Shown: piece after piece, positions 42,501 to 59,200 of the stretch
How positions within the stretch are numbered: position 1 is the first letter of the stretch
Layout: each line of letters starts with the position of its first letter
DNA from: the human T2T-CHM13v2.0 reference genome, Homo sapiens
Direction: 5' to 3' (one strand)
Assembly (NCBI RefSeq): GCF_009914755.1
Contig: NC_060931.1
Length of the DNA stretch: 64,000 nucleotides
Notes under the pieces: model-generated
Told to the model about the DNA's origin: nothing
Seen by the model: the letters and a program-made list of their open reading frames with translations, nothing else
Databases searched by the model: none
Made by a program: the position numbers and the translations under genes

Positions 42501-45500
42501 AAGTTTTAACTCTGTGAGACGAATGCACACATCACAAAGAACTTTCTCAGATTACTTCTGTCTAGATTTCAGTTGAAGATATTTCCTTTTCTACCTTAGG
42601 CCTAAAAGCACTCCAAATGTCCACTTGCAAATTCTACAAAAACAGTGTTTCCAAACCGCTCAATCAACAGAAAGGTTCAACTTTGTGAGATGAACGCACA
42701 CATCACAAAGAAGTTTCTCAGAATTATTCTGTCTAGTTTTTCTGTGAAGAAATTTCCTTTTCTGCCGTAGGCCTCAAGGGGCTCGAAATGTCTATTTGCT
42801 GATTCTACAAAAAGCGTATTTCAAAACTGGTCCTTCAAAAGAAAGGTTCAACCCCGGGAGATGAATGCACACTTCAGAAAGAAGTTTCTCAGAATGTTTC
42901 TATCTAGTTTTGATGTGAAGACATTACCTTTTCCACCGTAAGCATCAAAGCACTCCAAATGTCCACTTGCAGATTCTACAAAAAGAGAGTTTCAAAACTG
43001 CTAAATCCAAAGGAAGGTTTAACTCTGTGAAATGAATGTACACATCTCAAAGAGGTTTCTCAGGTTGCTTCTGTCTAGATTTTATGTGAAGATAATTTTT
43101 TTCTACCATAGGCCTCAAAGCGCTCCAAATGTCCACTTGCAGATCCTACAAAAATAGAGTTTCAAAATTGCTAAATCAAAAGGAAGGTTTAACTCTGTGA
43201 GGTGAACACACACATCACAAAGCAGTTTCTCAGAATTCTTCTGTTTAGTTTTTATGTGAAGATATTTCCTTTTCCACCATAGACCTCAAGGTGCTCAAAA
43301 TGTCCACATGCATATTCTAGAAAAAGTGTATTTCAAAACTGGTCCTTCAAAAGAAAGGCTCAACCCTGGTAGATGAATTAACACATCCCAAAGAAGTTTC
43401 TCAGAATGCTTCCATCGAGTTTTTATGTGAAGATATTTCCTTTTCCACCATAGGCCTCAAGGAGCTCCAAATGTCCACTTGCAGATTCTACAAAAAGAGA
43501 GTTTCAAAACTGCACAATCAAAAGAAAGGGTTAACTCTGTGAGATGAACACACACACATCACAAAGAAGTTTCTCAGAATTCTTCTGCCTAGTTTTTATG
43601 TGAAGATATTTCCTTTTCCACCATAGGCATAAAGGTGCTCTTAATGTCCACCTGCAGATTCTACAAACAGAGTATTTCAAAACTCTTCCTTCAAAAGAAA
43701 GGCTGAAATCTGGGAGATCAATGTACACATCACAAAGAAGTTTCTCAGAATGCTTCTATCTAGATTTTATGTGAAGATATTTCCTTTTCTAAAATAGGCT
43801 GCAAAGCGCTCCACATGTCCACTTGCAGATTCCACAAAAACAGTGTTTCCAATCTGCTCAATCCAAAGAAAGGTTCAACTCTGTAAGACAAAGGCATGCA
43901 TCACAAAGAAGTTTCTCAGAATTCTTCTGTCTAGTTTTTATGTGAAGATATTTCCTTTTACATTATAGGCCTCAAAGCACTCCAAATGTCCACCTGCAGA
44001 TTCTACAAAAAGAGAGTTTCAAAACTGCTAAATGAACAGAGTTGCTTAACTCTGTGAGGTGAATGCACACATCACAAAGAAGTTTCTCAGATTGCTTCTG
44101 TCTATATTTTATATGAAGACTTTTCCTTTTCTACCATGGACAGCAAAGCGCTCCAAATGTCCACTTGCAGAATCTACCAAAAAGGGTTTCAAAACTACTC
44201 AATCAAAAGAAAGTTTTAACTATGTGAGATGAATGCACAAATCACAAAGAAGTTTCTCACATTGCTTCTGTCTAGATTTTATGTGAAGATATTCCCTTTT
44301 CCACCATAGGCCTCAAGGCACTCGAAGTGTCCACATGCAGATTCTACAAAAGGAGTATTTCAAAACTGGTCTCTCAAAAGAAAGGTTCAACCATGGGAGA
44401 TGAAAGTACACATCACAAAGAAGTTTCTCAGAATGCTTCTATCTAGTTTTCATATGAAGATATTTTCTTTTCCACCATAGGCCTCAAGGAGCTCCAAATG
44501 TGCACTTGCACACTACAAAAAGAGTATTTCAAAACTTGTCCATCAAAAGAAAGGTTTAACTCTGTTAGAAGAATGCACACATCACAAAGAAGTTTCTCAG
44601 AATGCTTCTTTTTAGTTTTTATGTGAAGATATTTCCTTTTCCACTATAGGCCTCAAAGCGCTCCAAATGTCCAATTTCAGATTCTGCAAAAAGAGAGTTT
44701 CAAAACTGCTCAATGAAAAAAAAGGGTTAACTCTGTGAGATGAATGCACACATCACAAACAAGTTTCTCAGATTGCTTATGTCTATATTTTATGTGACGT
44801 TATTTCCTTTTCTACCATAGGAAGCAAAGTGCTCTAAATGTCCACTTGCATATTCTACAAAAACAGTGTTTTAAACTGCTCAATCAAAAGAAAGTTTCAA
44901 CTCTGTGAGATGAACGCACACATCACACAGAAGTTTCTCAGAATTCTTCTGCCTAGTTTTTATGTGAAGATATTTCCTTTTCCACCATAGGCTTCAAAGC
45001 ACTCCAAATGTCCACTTCTAGATTCTACAAAAAAAGAGTTTCAAAACTGCTAAATCAAAAGGAAGGTGTAACTCTGTGAAATGAATGCACACATCACAAA
45101 AAAGTTTCTCATATTGCTTCTGTCTAGATTTTATGTGAAGATAATTCCTTTTCTACCATAGGCTTCAAAGCGCTTCAAATGTCCACTTGCAGATTCTACA
45201 AAAAGAGTTTCAAATCTGCTCTATCAAAAGAAAGGTTGAACTCTGTGAGTTGAATGCACACATCACAAAGAAGTTTCTCAGAATGCTTCTGTGTAGTTTT
45301 TATTTGCAGTTATTTCCTTTTCCACAACAGGCCTCGAAGCTCTCCAAATATCCACTTGCAGATTCTGCAAAAGGAGTGTTTCAAAACTGCTCAATAAAAA
45401 GTAAGTTTTAACTGTGAGACGAATGCACACATCACAAAGAACTTTCTCAGATTACTTCTGTCTAGATTTCAGTTGAAGATATTTCCTTTTCTACCTTAGG

Positions 45501-48500
45501 CCTAAAAGCGCTCCAAATGTCCACTTGCAAATTCTACAAAAACAGTGTTTCCAAACCGCTCAATCAACTGAAAGGTTCAACTTTGTGAGATGAACGCACA
45601 CATCACAAAGAAGTTTCTCAGAATTCTTCTGTCTAGTTTTTCTGCGAAGATATTTCCTTTTCCACCATAGGACTCAAGGTGCTCGAAATGTCCATTGCAG
45701 ATTCTACAAAAAGAGTATTTCAAAACTGGTCCTCAAAAGAAAGGTTCAACTCAAGGAGATGAATTAACACATCACAAAGAAGTTTCTCAGAATGCTTCCA
45801 TCGAGTTTTTATGTGAAGATATTTCCTTTTCCACCATAGGCCTCAAGGCGCTCCAAAATATCCACTTGCAGATTCTACAAAAAGAGAGTTTCAAAACAGT
45901 GCAATCAAAAGAAAGGGTCAACTCTGTGAGATGAATGCACACATCGCAAAGAAGGTTCTCAGATTGCTTCTGTCTTGATTTTATGTGACTATATTTCCTT
46001 TTCAACCATAGGACTCAAAGCGCTCCAAGTATCCACTTGCACATTCTACAAAAATAGTGCTTTACACTGCTCAATCAAAAAAAAACTTTCAACCCTGAGA
46101 TGAACGCACACATCACAAAGAAGTTTCTCAGAATTCTTCTGCCTAGTTTTTATGTGAAGATATTTCTTTTTCCACCATAGGCCTCAAAGCACACCAAATG
46201 TCCACATGCAGTGTATACAAAATGCAACTTTCAAAACTGCTCAATCGAAAGAAATTTTAACTCTGTGAGATGAAAGCACACATCACACAGAAGTTTCTCA
46301 GAATGCTTCCATCAAGTATTTATGTGCAGCTATTTCCTTTTCTGCCATAGGCTGCAAAGGGCTCCAAATCCACCCATGCAGATTCTACAAAAATGGTGTT
46401 TTAAAATGCTCAATCAAAAGAACGTTTCAACTCTGTGGGATGAACGCACACATCACAAAGAAGTTTCTCAGAATTCTTCTGCCTAGTTTTTATGTGAAGA
46501 TATTTCCTTTTCCACCATAGGACTCAAAGAGCACCAAATGTCAACATGCAGAGTCTACAAAAAGAGACTTTCAAAACTGCTCAATCAAAAGAAATTTTAA
46601 CTCTGTGAGATGAAAGCACACATCACAAAGAAAATTCTCAGATTGCTTCTGTCTAGATTTTATGTGAAGATATTTCCTTTTCTACCATAGGCCGCAAAGC
46701 GCTCCAAATGTCTACTTGCAGATTCTACAAAAAGAGTGTTTCCAAACTGCTTAATCAAAAGGAAGTTTCAACTCTTTGAGATGAACGCACACATCACAAA
46801 GAAGTTTCTCAGAATTCTTCTGTCTAGTTTTTATGTGATGATATTTCCTTTTCCACCACTGGCCTTAAGACGCTCGAAATGTCCACTTGTAATTATAAAA
46901 AAAGAGTATTTAAAAATTGGTCCTTCAAAAGAAAGGTTCAACTCTGGGAGATGAAGGAACACATCACAAAGAAGGTTTTCAGAATTCTTATGTCCAGTTT
47001 TTATGTGACGATATTTCCTTTTACAACATAGGCCTCAAAGCACTCCAAATGTCCACTTGTAGATTCTACAAAAATAGTGTTTCAAAACTGCTCAATCAAG
47101 AGAATGTTTTAACTCTGTGAGATGAATGCACACATCACAAAGATATTTCTCAGATTGATTCTGTCTAGATTTTATGTGAAGATATTTTATTTTCTACCAT
47201 AAGCCGCAAAGCCCTGCAAATGTCCACTTGCAGATTCTACAAATAGAGTGTTTCCAAACTGCTCAATCAAAAGTAAGGTTCAACTCTGTGGCATGAATGC
47301 ATGCATCACAAAGAAGTTTCTCAGAATACTTCTGTCTAGTTTTTACATGAAGATATTTCCTTTTCCACCACAGAACTCAAAGTGCTCCAAATGTCCACTT
47401 GCAGATTCCACAAAAAGAGAGTTTCAAAACTGATCATTCAAAAGAAATGTTTTTCTCTGTCAGAAGAATGCACACATCACATAGCAGTTTCTCTGATTGC
47501 TTCTGTCTAGATTTTATGTGAAGATATTTCCTCTTCTACCATAGGCCGCAAAGCACTCCAAATGTCCACTTGCAGATTCTACAAATAGAGTGTTGGTAAA
47601 CTGCTCAATCAAAAGAAAGTTTCAGCTCTGTGAGATGAACGCACACATCACAAAGAAGTTTCACAGAATTCTTCTGTCTAGTTTTTATGTGAAGTTATTT
47701 CCTTTCCCACCATAGGCCTCAAAGCGCTCCATATATCCACTTGCAGATTCTACAAAAAGAGAGTTTCTAAACTGCTCAATCAAAAGAAAGGTTTAACTCT
47801 GTGAGATGAATGCACACATCACAAAGACATTTCTCAGATTGCTTCTGTCTAGATTTTATGTGAAGATATTTCCTTTTCTACCATAGGCTGGAAAACTCTC
47901 CAAATGTCCACTTGCAGATTCTACAAAAAGAGTGTTTCAAAACTGCTCAATCAAAAGAAAGGTCCAACTGTGTGAGATGAACGCACACATCACAAAGAAG
48001 TTTCTCAGAATTTTTCTATCTAGTTTTTACGTGAAGATATTTCCTTTTCCACTGTTGGCCTCAAAGTGCTCAGAATGTCCACTTGCATATTCTACAAAAA
48101 GATAGTTTCAAAACTGCTCAATCAAATAAAAGGGTTAACTCTGTGAGATGAATGCATACATCACAAAGAAGTTTCTCAAATTGCTTCTGTCTAGATTTCA
48201 TGTGAAGATATTTCTTTTTCTACCATAGGCTGTAAAGCGCTCCAAATGTACACCAGCAGATTCTACAAAAAGAGTATTTCCATACTGCTCAATCAAAAGA
48301 AAGGTTCAACTCTGTGAGATGAAGGCACACATGACAAAGGAGTTTCTCAGAATTCTTCTGTCTAGTTTTTATATGAAGATATTTCCCTTTCCACCACAGG
48401 CCTCAAGGCGCTCGAAATGTCCACTTGCAGATTCTACAAAAAGAGTGTTTCAAAACTGGTCCTTCAAAAGAAAGGTTCAACTCTGGGAGGTGAATTCACA

Positions 48501-48904
48501 CATCACAAAGAAGTTTTTCAGAATGCTTCTATCTAGTTTTTATGTGAAGATATTTCCTTTTCCACCATTGGCCTCAAAGTTCTCCAAATGTCCACTTGCA
48601 GATTCTACAGAAAGGGAGTTTCAAAACTGCTCAATCAAAAGAAAGTTTTAACTCTGTGAGATGAATGCACACAACACAAAGAAGTTTCTCAGATTGCTTC
48701 TGTCTAGATTTTATGTGAAGATATTTCCTTCTCTACCATAGGCTCCTAAGCACTCCAAATATCCACTTGCAGATTCTGCAAAAAGAGTGTTTCCAAACTG
48801 CTGAATCATAAGAAAGTTTCAACTCTGTGAGATGAATGCACACATCACAAAGAAGTTTATGAGAATGCTTCTGTCTAGTTTTTATGTGAAGATATTTTGT
48901 TTTC
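42501..48904 (-). repeat. Alpha satellite layer A (second occurrence)
   Basis: aaatgtccac and alternating gattgcttc/gaattcttc monomers. Confidence 0.87.
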
Positions 48905-49119
48905 TTTTTTTATTATTATACTTTAAGTTTTAGGGTACTTGTTTACAGAGTGCAGGTTAGTTACTTATATATACAAGTGCCATGCTGGTGCGGTGCACCT
49001 ACTAACTCGTCATCTAGCATTAGGTGTATCTCCCAATGCTATCCCTCCCACCTCCCGTCACCCCAGATCAGTCCCTAGAGTGTGATGTTCCCCTTCCTGT
49101 GTCCATTCGTTCTCATTGT

Positions 49120-52932
<3,813 letters not shown>

Positions 52933-52995
52933 TATGATGTTAGCTGGTTATTTTGTTAGTTAGTTGATGCCGTTTCTTCCTAGTCCTGATGGTCT

Positions 52996-53266
52996 TTACA
53001 TTTTGGCATGATTTTGCAGTGGCTGGTACCGGTTGTTCCTTTCCATGTTTAGTGCTTCCTTCAGGAGCTCTTGTAAGGCAGGCCTGGTGGTGACAAAATC
53101 TCTCAGCATTTGCTTGTCTGTAAAGTATTTTATTTCTCTTTCACTTATGAAGCTTAGTTTGGCTGGATATGAAATTCTGGGTTGAAAATTCTTTTCTTTA
53201 AGAATGTTGAATATTGGCACCCAATCTCTTCTGGCTTCTAGAGTTTCTGCCAAGAGATCCACTGTT
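52996..53266 (-). pseudogene. L1 ORF1p C-terminal remnant
   Basis: [37 protein letters not shown]...MERNNRYQPLQNHAKM*. Confidence 0.93.
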
Positions 53267-56200
53267 CTAACATAGGCTGCAAAGTGCTCAAAATGTCCAG
53301 TTGCAGATTCTACAAAAAGAGTGTTTCAACACTACTCTATCAAAAGAAAGGTTTAACTCTGTGAGATCAATGCACACATCATGAAGAAGTTTCCCAGATT
53401 GCTTCTGTCTAGATTTTATGTGAAGATATATCCTTTTTTTCCATAGGCCGCAAAGTGGTACAAATATCCACTTGCAGATTCTACAAAAAGATTGTTTCCT
53501 CACTGCTCAGTCAAAAGTAAGTTTCAACTCTGAGATGAACACACACATTACAAAGAAATTTCTCAGAATTCTTCTGTCTAGTTTTTATTTAAAGATATTC
53601 CCTTTTACACCATAGGCCTCAAATCGCTCCAAATGTCCACTTGTAGATTCTACAAAAAGAGAGTTTCCAAACTGCTCAATAAAAAGGAAAGTTCAACTCT
53701 GTGAGATGTATGCACACATCACAAAGAAGTTTCTCAGATTGCTTCTGTCTTGATTTTATGTGAAGATATTTCCTTTTCTACCATAGGCCTCAAAGCACTC
53801 CAAAAGTCCACTTGAAGATTCTACAAAAAGAGGGGATAGAGATGAATTTACACATTTGCAAAGATGTTTTTCAGATTGCTTCTGTCTAGATTTTATGTGA
53901 AGATATTTCGTTTTCTACAAAAGGCCGCAGAGCACTCCAATGTCCACTTGCAGATTCTGCAAAAAGAGTGTTTCCAGACTGCTCAATCAAAAGAAAGTTT
54001 CAGCTCTGGGAGATGAAAGCACACATCACAAAGAAGTTTCTCTTAATTCTTCTGTCCAGTTCTTGTGTGAAGATATTTCCTTTTCCACTATAGGCCTCAA
54101 AGCGCTCCAAATGTCTGCTTGCAGATTCTACAAGAAGAGATTTTAAAAACTGCTCAATCAAAAGAGAGCTTTAAATCTGTGAAATGAATGCACACAACAC
54201 AAAGAAGTTTCTCAGACTGCTTCTGTCTAGGTTTTGTGTGAAGATATTTCCTTTTGTACCATAGGCCGCAAAGCGCTCCAAATGTCCACATGCAGGTTCT
54301 ACAAAAAGAGTGTTTCCAAACTGCTCAATAAAAATAAAGTTTCAACCCTGTGAGATGAGCACACACATCACAAATAAGATTCTCAGAATTCTTCTGTCTA
54401 GTCTTTATGTGAAGATATTTCTTTTTCCATTTTAGGCCTCAAAGCGCTCTAATTGTCCACTTGCAGATTCTAGAAAAAGAGAGTTTCAACACTGCTCAAT
54501 CAAAAGAAAGATTTAACTCTGTGAGATGAATGCACAATCACAAATAGGTTTCTCAGTTTGTTTCCGTCTAGATTTTATGTGAAGTTATTTCCTTTTCTAC
54601 CATAGGCCACAAAGTGGTCCAAATGTACACTTGCAGATTCTACAGAAAGAGATTTTAAAAACTGCTCAATCAAAAGAAAGCTTTAAATCTGTGAAATGAA
54701 TGCACGCAACACAAGGAAATTTCTCAGATTGCTTCTGTCTAGGTTTTGTGTGAAGATATTTCCTTTTCTACCATAGGACGCAAAGCGCTCCAAATGTCCA
54801 CTTGCAGATTCTACAAAAAGAGTGTTTCCAAACTGCTAAACCAAAAGAAAGTTTCAACCCTGCGAGATGAACGCACACATCTCAAATAATATTCTCAGAA
54901 TTCTTCTGTCTGGTCTTTATGTGAAGATATTTCCGCTTCCACCTTAGGTCTCAAAGAGCTCCAATTGTCCACTTGCAGATTCTACAAAAAGAGAGTTTCA
55001 ACACTGCTCAATCAAAACAAAGTTTTAACTCTGTGAGATAAATGCACAATCACAAATAAGTCTCTCAGTTTGTTTCTGTCTACATTTTACGTGAAGGTAT
55101 TTCCTTTTCTACCATACGCCATAAAGTGGTCCAAATGTCCACTTGCAGATTCTACAAAAAGAGTGTTTCCAAACTGCTCAATCAAAAGGAAGGTTCAACT
55201 CTGGGAGATAAACTCAAGCATCACAAAGAAATTTGTCAGAATTCTTCTGTCTAGTTTTTATGTGAAGATAGTGCAGTTTCCACCATAGGCCTCAAGGTGC
55301 TCGAAAACGTCCACTTGCAGATTCTGCAAAAAGAGTGTTCCAAAACTGGTCCATAAAAAGAAATTTTCAACTATGGGAGATGAATGCACACATCACAGAG
55401 AAGTTTCTCAGAATGCTTCTATCTAGTTTTTATGTGAAGATATTATCTTTTCCACCATAGGCCTCAAAGTGCTCCAAATGTTCACTTGCAGATTCTCCAA
55501 AAAGAGAGTTTCAAAACTGCTCCATCAAAAGAAAGGTTTAAGTCTGTGAGACGAATGCACATATCAGAAAGACGTTTCTCAGATTGCTTCTGTCTACATT
55601 TTATGTGAAGATATTTCCTTTTCTACCATAGGCTGCAGAGTGCTCCAAATGTCCACTTGTCGATTCTAAAAAAAGAGTGTTTCCAAACTGCCCAATCAAA
55701 ATAAATGTTGAACTCGGTGAGATGAACGCACACATCACAAAGAAGTTTCTCGGAATTATTCTGTCTAGTTGTTATGTGAAGATATTTCCTTTTCCACCAT
55801 AGGTCTCAAAGTGCTCCAGATGTCCACCTGCAGATACTACAAAAAGAGAGTTTCAAAACTGCTCAATCAAAAGAAAAGTTTAATTCTGTGAGTTGAATGC
55901 ACACGTCACAAATAAGTTTCCCAGATTGCTTCTGTATAGGTTTTATGTGAAGATATTTCCTTTTCTACCATAGGCCAGAAAGCGCTCCAAATGTCCACGT
56001 GCAGATTCTACAAAAAGATTTTTTCTACACTGCTCAATCAAAGGAAAGGTTCAAATCTGGGAGATGAACGCACACATAAAAAAGAAGTTTCTCAGAATTC
56101 TTTTGTCTAGTTTTCATGGAAAGATATTTTCTTTTCCATTGTAGGCCTCAAAGTACTCCAAATGTCCACTTGTATATTCTACAAAAATACAGTTTCAAAA

Positions 56201-59200
56201 CTGCTCAATCAAAGAATGTTTTAACTCTGTGTGATGAATGCACACATCACAAAGAAGTTTCTCGGAATGCTTCTATCTAGTTTTTATGTGAAGATATTTC
56301 TTTTTCCACCACAGGCCTCAAAGCACTCCAAATGTCCACTTGCAGATCCTACAAAAAGAGAGTTTCAACACTGCTCAATCAAAAGAAAGGTTTAACTCTG
56401 TGAGATGAATGCACACATCACAAAGAAGTTTCTCAGGTTGCTTCTGTCTAGATTTTATGTGAAGATATTTCCTTTTCTACCATAGGCTGTTGAGTACTCC
56501 AAATGTCCACTTGTCGATTCTAAAAAAAGAGTGTTTCCAAACTGCCCAATCAAAATAAATGTTCAACTCAGTGAGATGAACGCACACATCACAAAGAAGT
56601 TTCTCAGAATTATTCTGTCTAGTTTTTATGTGAAGCTATTTCCTTTTCCACCATACGCCTCAAAGCGCTCCAGATGTCCAATTGCAGGTACTACAAAAAG
56701 AGAGTTTCAAAACTGCTCAATCAGAAGAAAAGTTTAATTCTGTGCGTTGAATGCACGCATCACAAAGAAGTTTCTCCGATTGTTTCTGTATAGATTTTAT
56801 GTGAAGATATTTCCTTTTCTACCGTAGTCCAGACAGTGCTCAAGAAGTCCACTTGCAGATATCACAAAAAGAGTTTTTCTACACTGCTCAATCAAAAGAA
56901 AGGTTCAAGTCTGTGAGATGAATGCACACATCACAAAGAAGTTTCTCAGAATTCTTTTGTCTAGTCTTTATGTGAAGATATTTCCTTTTCCGTCGGAGGC
57001 CTCAAAGTGCTCCAAATGTCCACCTGCAGGTCCTACAAAAAGAGAGTTTCAAAACTGCTCAATGAAAAGAAAGGTTTAACTCTGTGAGATGAATGCACAC
57101 ATCACAAAGTAGTTACTCAGATGGCTTCTGTCTAGATTTTATGTGACAATATTAACTTTTCAAACTTAGGATGCAAAGCGCTCCAAATGTCCACTTGCAG
57201 ATTCTACAAAAAGAGAGTTTCAAACCTGCTCAATCAAAAGAAAGGTTTAAATCTGTGAGATGAATGCACACATCACAAAGAAGTTTCTCAGATTGCTTCT
57301 GTCTAGGTTTTATGTGAAGATATTTCCTTTACTACCATAGGTTGCAAAGCGCTCCAAATGACCACTTCCAGATTCTACAAAAAGAGGGTTTCAAAACTGC
57401 TCAATAAAAAGAAAGTTTCAAATCTGGGCGATAAACGCACACATCACAGAGAAATTTCTCAGAATTCTTCTGTCTAGTTTTTATGTGAAGATATTTCCTT
57501 TTCCACCATAGGCCTCAAGGCTTTCGAAATGTTCACTTGCAGATTCTTCAAAAAGAGTATCTCAAAACTGGTCCTTCAAAAGAAAGGATCAACTCTGTGA
57601 GATGAATGTACACATCACAAAGAAGTTTCTCAGAATGCTCCTATTAAGATTTTATGTGAAGATATTTCTTTTTTCACAATAGGCCTCAAAGCGCTCCAAA
57701 CGTCCACTAGCAGATTTTACAAAAAGAGAGTTTCTAAACTGCTCAATCAAAAGAAAGCTTTAATTCTGTGAGATGAATGCACATATCACAAAGAAGTTTC
57801 TCATATTGCTTCTCTCTAGATTTTATGTGATGATATTTCCTTTTCTACCATAGACCTCAAAGCGCTCTGAATGTCCACTTGCAGATTCTACAAAAAGAGA
57901 GTTTCCAAACTGCTCAATGAAAAGAAAGTTTCAACCCTGTGAGATGAACGCACACATCACAAACAAGATTCTCAGAATTCTTCTTTCTAGTATTTATGTG
58001 AAGATATTTCTTTTTCCACCTTAGGCCTCAAAGTGCTCCAGTTGACCACTTGCAGATTCTACAAAAAGAGAGTTTCAACACTGCTCAATCAAAAGAAAGT
58101 TTTAACTCTGTGAGATGAATGCACAATCACAAATAAGTTTCTCAGTTTGTTTCTGTCTGGACTTTAGGTGAAGTTATTTCCTTTTCTACCATAGGCCGCA
58201 ATGTGGTCCAAATGTACACTTGCAGATTGTAGAAGAAGAGATTTTAAAAACTGCTTAATCAAAAGAAAGCTTTAAATCTGTGAAATGAATGCACACAATA
58301 CAAGGAAATTTCTCAGATTGCTTCTGTCTAGGTTTTGTGTGAAGATATTTCCTTTTCTACCATAGGACGGAAAGCCCTCCAAATGTCCACTTGCAGATTC
58401 TACAAAAAGAGTGTTTCCAAACTGCTCAATCAAAAGAAAGTTTCAACCCTGTGAGATGAACGCACACATCACAAGTAAGATTCTCAGAATTCTTCTGTCT
58501 TTTCTTTATGTGAAGATATTTCTCTTTCCACCTTAGGCCTCAAAGTGCTCCAATTGTCCACTTGCAGATTCTACAAAAAGAGAGGTTCAACACTGCTCCA
58601 TCAAAAGAAAGTTTTAACACTGTGAGATGAATGCACAATCACAAATAAGTCTCTCAGTTTGTTTCTGTCTAGATTTTATTTGAAGGTATTTCCTTTTCTA
58701 CCATAGGCCGCAAAGTGGTCCAAATGTCCACTTGCAGATTCTACAAAAAGAGTGTTCCAAACTGCTCAATCAAAAGGAAGGTTCAACTCTGGGAGATTAA
58801 CTCAAGCATCACAAAGAAATTTGTCAGAATTCTTCTGTCTAGTTTTTATGTGAAGATATTCCATTTTCCACCATAGGCCACAAGGCGCTCGAAAAGTCCA
58901 CTTGCAGATTCCGCAAAAAGAGTATTCCAAAACTGGTCCATGAAAAGAAATTTTCAACTATGGGAGATGAATGCACACATCACAAAGAACTTTCTCAGAA
59001 AGCTTCTATCTAGTTTTTATGTGAAGACATTTCCTTTTCCACCATAGACCTCAAAGCTCTCCAAATGTTTACTTGCAGATTCTCCAAAAAGAGAGTTTTG
59101 AAACTGGTCAATCAAAAGAAAGGTTTAACTCTGTGAGATGAATGCACACATCAGAAAGAGGTTTCTCAGATTGCTTCTGTCTAGATTTTATGTGAAGATA

